Source: Desulfobaccales bacterium
Lineage (GTDB): Bacteria > Desulfobacterota > Desulfobaccia > Desulfobaccales > 0-14-0-80-60-11
Direction: 5' to 3'
NCBI GenBank assembly: GCA_037481655.1
Contig: JBBFLF010000002.1
Coordinates: 1,856-65,855, forward strand
DNA: 64,000 bases
Positions 60,564-64,000 of this stretch are shown in pieces. Position 1 is the first letter of the stretch, and every line of letters starts with the position of its first letter. A program made the position numbers and the translations under genes. Under the pieces are notes generated by a model that saw nothing but the letters and a program-made list of their open reading frames with translations, was not told where the DNA came from and ran no database searches.

Positions 60564-61649
60564 ATGGCTGAGGACTCCTACCAGGACCGGACCGAGCAAC
60601 CCACTCCCAAGCGGCGCCAGGAGGCCCGCCGCCGGGGCCACATTGCCCGCAGCCGGGACCTGAGCACCGCCCTGGTCCTCTTCACCGGCCTGGGGCTACT
60701 GGTGGTCTGGGGTCCCTGGGCGGCGGCCCGCCAGAAGGTGTGGCTCAGCACCTGGCTGGCCACCTTGCAGCCGGGATGGGGGCAGCCCGGGGAAGTGTGG
60801 CGCCTCTTTCAGGGGCTCAGTCTCGCTCTGGCCGGACTGCTGGCCCCGGTGCTGCTGGGCCTCATGGTGGCTTCCCTCGCCGCCGCCGCGCTCCAGGGAG
60901 GCTTCCTCTTTGCCCCCCAGCGCCTGGCCCCGGATCTTTCCCGGCTGCTCCTGCTGCCCGGGCTGAAGCGGCTCTTCTCCGGGCAATCCTTCCTTGAATT
61001 GGCCAAGGCCCTGCTCAAGGTGGCCCTGATCGGCGTCATCGCTTATCTCACCGTGGCCCCCCTGTTCCCCCGGGTGCCGGAGCTGCTCTTCTCCGACCCG
61101 GCCCGCCTGCCGGAATTTCTGGCCTCCGCCGGTTTCAAGGTGGGCTGGCGCATCCTTCTGGGCCTCCTGGTCCTGGGGATTCTCGACTACCTCCTGCAGC
61201 GCTACCGCTTCGAGAAAAATCTTCGCATGACCAAGCAGGAAGTGAAGGAGGAGATGCGCCAGACCGAGGGCGACCCCCGCATCAAGGCCCGGATGCGCAG
61301 CCTCATGCGCCAGATGGCCACCCGGCGGATGATGGCGGAGGTCCCCCGGGCGGATGTGGTCATCACCAACCCCACCCACGTGGCGGTGGCCCTGAAATAC
61401 GACGGGGCCACCATGATCGCCCCCCAGGTGGTGGCCAAGGGGCAGGGGTTTGTGGCCCTGAAGATCATGGCCCTGGCCCAGGAGGCCGGCGTGCCTCTGG
61501 TGGAGAACGTGGCGCTGGCCCGGACCCTCTATAAATCCGTGGAGCTGGGGGCCTTCATCCCCACCAGCCTCTACCGGGCGGTGGCCGAAGTGTTGGCATA
61601 TGTCTATAGCCTGCGGGGCCGCCGGCCTCACCAGGGAGGCGCCCGATGA
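60564..61649 (+). CDS. flhB: Flagellar export protein FlhB
   Basis: RTEQPTPKR, KQEVKEE...EGDP, autocleavage motif NPTH. Confidence 0.97.
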   Translation: MAEDSYQDRTEQPTPKRRQEARRRGHIARSRDLSTALVLFTGLGLLVVWGPWAAARQKVWLSTWLATLQPGWGQPGEVWRLFQGLSLALAGLLAPVLLGLMVASLAAAALQGGFLFAPQRLAPDLSRLLLLPGLKRLFSGQSFLELAKALLKVALIGVIAYLTVAPLFPRVPELLFSDPARLPEFLASAGFKVGWRILLGLLVLGILDYLLQRYRFEKNLRMTKQEVKEEMRQTEGDPRIKARMRSLMRQMATRRMMAEVPRADVVITNPTHVAVALKYDGATMIAPQVVAKGQGFVALKIMALAQEAGVPLVENVALARTLYKSVELGAFIPTSLYRAVAEVLAYVYSLRGRRPHQGGAR

Positions 61650-63745
61650 CCCCCACGGCCGCCGGTCAGGTTCAGGCTTTTCCCAAGGTAGGCCTCCACA
61701 AGGGCGAGCTCTTCGTGGCCTTGGGGGTGATCATCACCCTCCTGGTGATGATCTTTCCCTTGCCCCGCACCCTTTTGGATCTGCTCCTGAGCTTCAACCT
61801 GACCTTTTCTTTGATGGTGCTCCTCTTATCCCTTTACACCATCAAGCCCATCGAGTTCTTCATCTTCCCGTCGCTGTTGCTGGTCACCACCCTCTTTCGC
61901 CTCTCTTTGGGGGTGGCCTCCACCCGCCTCATCCTGCTGCATGGCGGCGAGGGTCTGGAGGCCGCCGGGGTGGTCATCCGCTCCTTCGGCAGTTTCGTGG
62001 TGGGGGGCAATTATGTGGTGGGCGGCATCATCTTCATCATCCTGGTGATTATCAACTTCATCGTCATCATCAAAGGCTCCACCCGCATCGCCGAGGTGGC
62101 GGCCCGCTTCACCCTGGACGCCATGCCCGGCAAGCAGATGAGCATCGATGCGGATCTCAACGCCGGCTACATCGACGATCAGGAGGCCCGCCGCCGCCGG
62201 GCCAACCTGGCCCGGGAGGGGGAATTTTACGGCGCCATGGACGGAGCCTCCAAGTTTGTGCGGGGCGAGGCCATGGCCGCCCTGCTGATCATGGTCATCA
62301 ACATCGTGGGCGGCCTCATCATCGGAGTGGCCCAGCACGGGCTCACCCTGGCCGAGGCGGCCCAGACCTACACCCTCCTCACCATCGGCGAAGGCCTGGT
62401 GAACCAGATTCCCGCTCTCTTTGTCTCCACCGCCGCGGGTCTGGTGGTGAGCAAGGCGGCGTCGGAAGCCAGCCTGGGGGAGGAATACGCCGCCCAGTTC
62501 GTCCTGAAGCCCCAGGCCATGAGCGTGGCCGCCGGCATCATCTTTCTCGTGGGCCTCATTCCCGGCCTGCCGCATCTGCCCTTCCTCATCCTGGCGGTGG
62601 TGACCGGCGGCCTCTCCTACGTGGCCTGGAAGGTGCGGGAAAAAGAGGCGGAGGAGGCGGCCCGGCAAACCGCAGTTAAGCCGCCCCCCAAGAGTGACCC
62701 CCTGGAGTCCCTCCCTACCCTGGATCTCTTGGAGCTGGAAATCGGCTACGGCCTTATCCCCCTGGTGGATGAGAGCCAGGGCGGCGAACTCCTGGAGCGG
62801 GTGCGGGCCCTGCGCCGCCAGTTCGCCCAGGAGATGGGGGTGGTGATTCCTCCCATTCACATCCGGGACAACCTGCAGTTCAAACCGGGCAAGTATGCGG
62901 TGTTCCTCAAAGGCGTGGAGGTGGCCCAGGGCGAGATCATGGTGGGCTACTACCTGGCCCTCAGCCCTGGTGAGACTGTCCGCCCCCTGGAGGGCATCCC
63001 CACCCGGGAGCCCACCTTCCAGCTCCCGGCCCTGTGGATTCCCGCCTCCCGCAAGGAGGAGGCCCAGCATCTGGGCTATACCGTGGTGAATGGGGCCAGC
63101 GTCATCATCACCCACCTGGGGGAGATCATCCGGCGCCACTGCGATGAGCTGTTAGGCCGCCAGGAGGTGCAGCACCTGCTGGACAAGCTGGCCAAGACCC
63201 ATCCCAAGGTGGTGGAGGAGCTGGTCCCGGGCCTGCTCTCTTTGGGCACCATCCAGAAGGTGCTCCAGAACCTGGTGCGGGAACGGGTCTCCATCCGGGA
63301 CCTCCTCACCATCATGGAGACCCTGGCGGACTATGGCAGTTACACCAAAGATCCCGAGATCCTGACGGAATATGTGCGGCAGCGCCTGAGCCGGGCGCTG
63401 ATGAAGGCCCTGGAGACCCCGGACCGCCGGCTGGCCGTGTACACCCTGGACCCCTTTGTGGAGGATTTGATCAAAGACAGTCTGCAACGCACGGAGTTCG
63501 GGGTCTATTCGGCCCTGGCGCCGGAGACCGCGGAAGAAATCCTCGCCGCCTGCCGCCGGGCGGTGGAGCGCTGCGCCTTGGAGAATCTGCCGCCGGTGCT
63601 GGTCTGTTCCCCCGGGGTGCGGCGGCACCTGGCCCGCCTGCTGGAGCGCTCCCTGCCCCAGATGCAGGTCGTGTCCACCCACGAGCTGAACACTGATCTG
63701 CCCATCCAGTCCCTGGGAGTGGTGAGTGTGGGCCATGGAGCTTAG
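61646..63745 (+). CDS. flhA: Flagellar export protein FlhA
   Basis: AEVAARFTLDAMPGKQMSIDADL, FYGAMDGASKFVRG, TIGEGL, ERVSIRDL. Confidence 0.98.
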   Translation: MTPTAAGQVQAFPKVGLHKGELFVALGVIITLLVMIFPLPRTLLDLLLSFNLTFSLMVLLLSLYTIKPIEFFIFPSLLLVTTLFRLSLGVASTRLILLHGGEGLEAAGVVIRSFGSFVVGGNYVVGGIIFIILVIINFIVIIKGSTRIAEVAARFTLDAMPGKQMSIDADLNAGYIDDQEARRRRANLAREGEFYGAMDGASKFVRGEAMAALLIMVINIVGGLIIGVAQHGLTLAEAAQTYTLLTIGEGLVNQIPALFVSTAAGLVVSKAASEASLGEEYAAQFVLKPQAMSVAAGIIFLVGLIPGLPHLPFLILAVVTGGLSYVAWKVREKEAEEAARQTAVKPPPKSDPLESLPTLDLLELEIGYGLIPLVDESQGGELLERVRALRRQFAQEMGVVIPPIHIRDNLQFKPGKYAVFLKGVEVAQGEIMVGYYLALSPGETVRPLEGIPTREPTFQLPALWIPASRKEEAQHLGYTVVNGASVIITHLGEIIRRHCDELLGRQEVQHLLDKLAKTHPKVVEELVPGLLSLGTIQKVLQNLVRERVSIRDLLTIMETLADYGSYTKDPEILTEYVRQRLSRALMKALETPDRRLAVYTLDPFVEDLIKDSLQRTEFGVYSALAPETAEEILAACRRAVERCALENLPPVLVCSPGVRRHLARLLERSLPQMQVVSTHELNTDLPIQSLGVVSVGHGA

Positions 63746-64000
63746 AACCTTTGTGGGCCCGGATCTGCAGGAGACCCTGGCCCGGGTGAAACGGGAGCTG
63801 GGGCCGGAGGCCATCATCCTCTCCACCCAGTCCCGGCGCCCGGCCCGAGGGGGAAGCGACCGCCGGCACCGGGAAGTCGAGGTGGTGGCGGGCCTGCCCG
63901 GAGTGGGCATCCCGGGGACGGGGAGCCCGCCTGCGGGGCCCGACTCCCCGGAGGGCTTTTCCCCGCTTTTGGCGGCCCTGCATCAGGAGCTCCGGGAGGT
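63735..64000 (+). CDS. flhF: Flagellar biosynthesis GTPase FlhF, N-terminal part (truncated by the window edge)
   Basis: Hand translation MELRTFVGPDLQETLARVKRELGPEAIILST...VEVVA, the typical FlhF N-terminus; overlaps the end of flhA. Confidence 0.85.
   Translation, partial: MELRTFVGPDLQETLARVKRELGPEAIILSTQSRRPARGGSDRRHREVEVVAGLPGVGIPGTGSPPAGPDSPEGFSPLLAALHQELRE

Overview
A high-GC bacterial chromosomal segment. Gene content and protein style suggest a Desulfobacterota/Deltaproteobacteria-like organism (inference only). Most of it is housekeeping: K+ transport, treT, alaS-recA-thpR-pncC-pgpA, tilS, cydAB, two-component systems, alpha-2-macroglobulin/pbpC, yebC-ruvC-ruvA, rlmE, and a sigma-54-driven flagellar export operon fliLMNOPQR-flhBAF running off the right edge. 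I saw no rRNA, tRNA, CRISPR array, prophage or transposase. The most interesting regions are: (1) a two-gene qatB-qatC (QueC-family) module lacking qatA and qatD, host-like in composition and set among housekeeping genes (10.8-12.8 kb); (2) an eight-gene inositol cluster (29.5-38.1 kb) resembling the Bacteroidetes alternative inositol-lipid cassette but with an added dehydrogenase plus class-III aminotransferase, which points to an aminocyclitol headgroup; (3) a beta-class DNA methyltransferase fused to an AT-rich, catalytically degenerate SNase-like domain directly downstream of ruvA; (4) a FadL / enolase-superfamily / acyltransferase / V4R-sensor kinase neighbourhood; (5) a family of palindromic intergenic repeats. 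All family assignments come from motif recognition by eye; no database searches were run.
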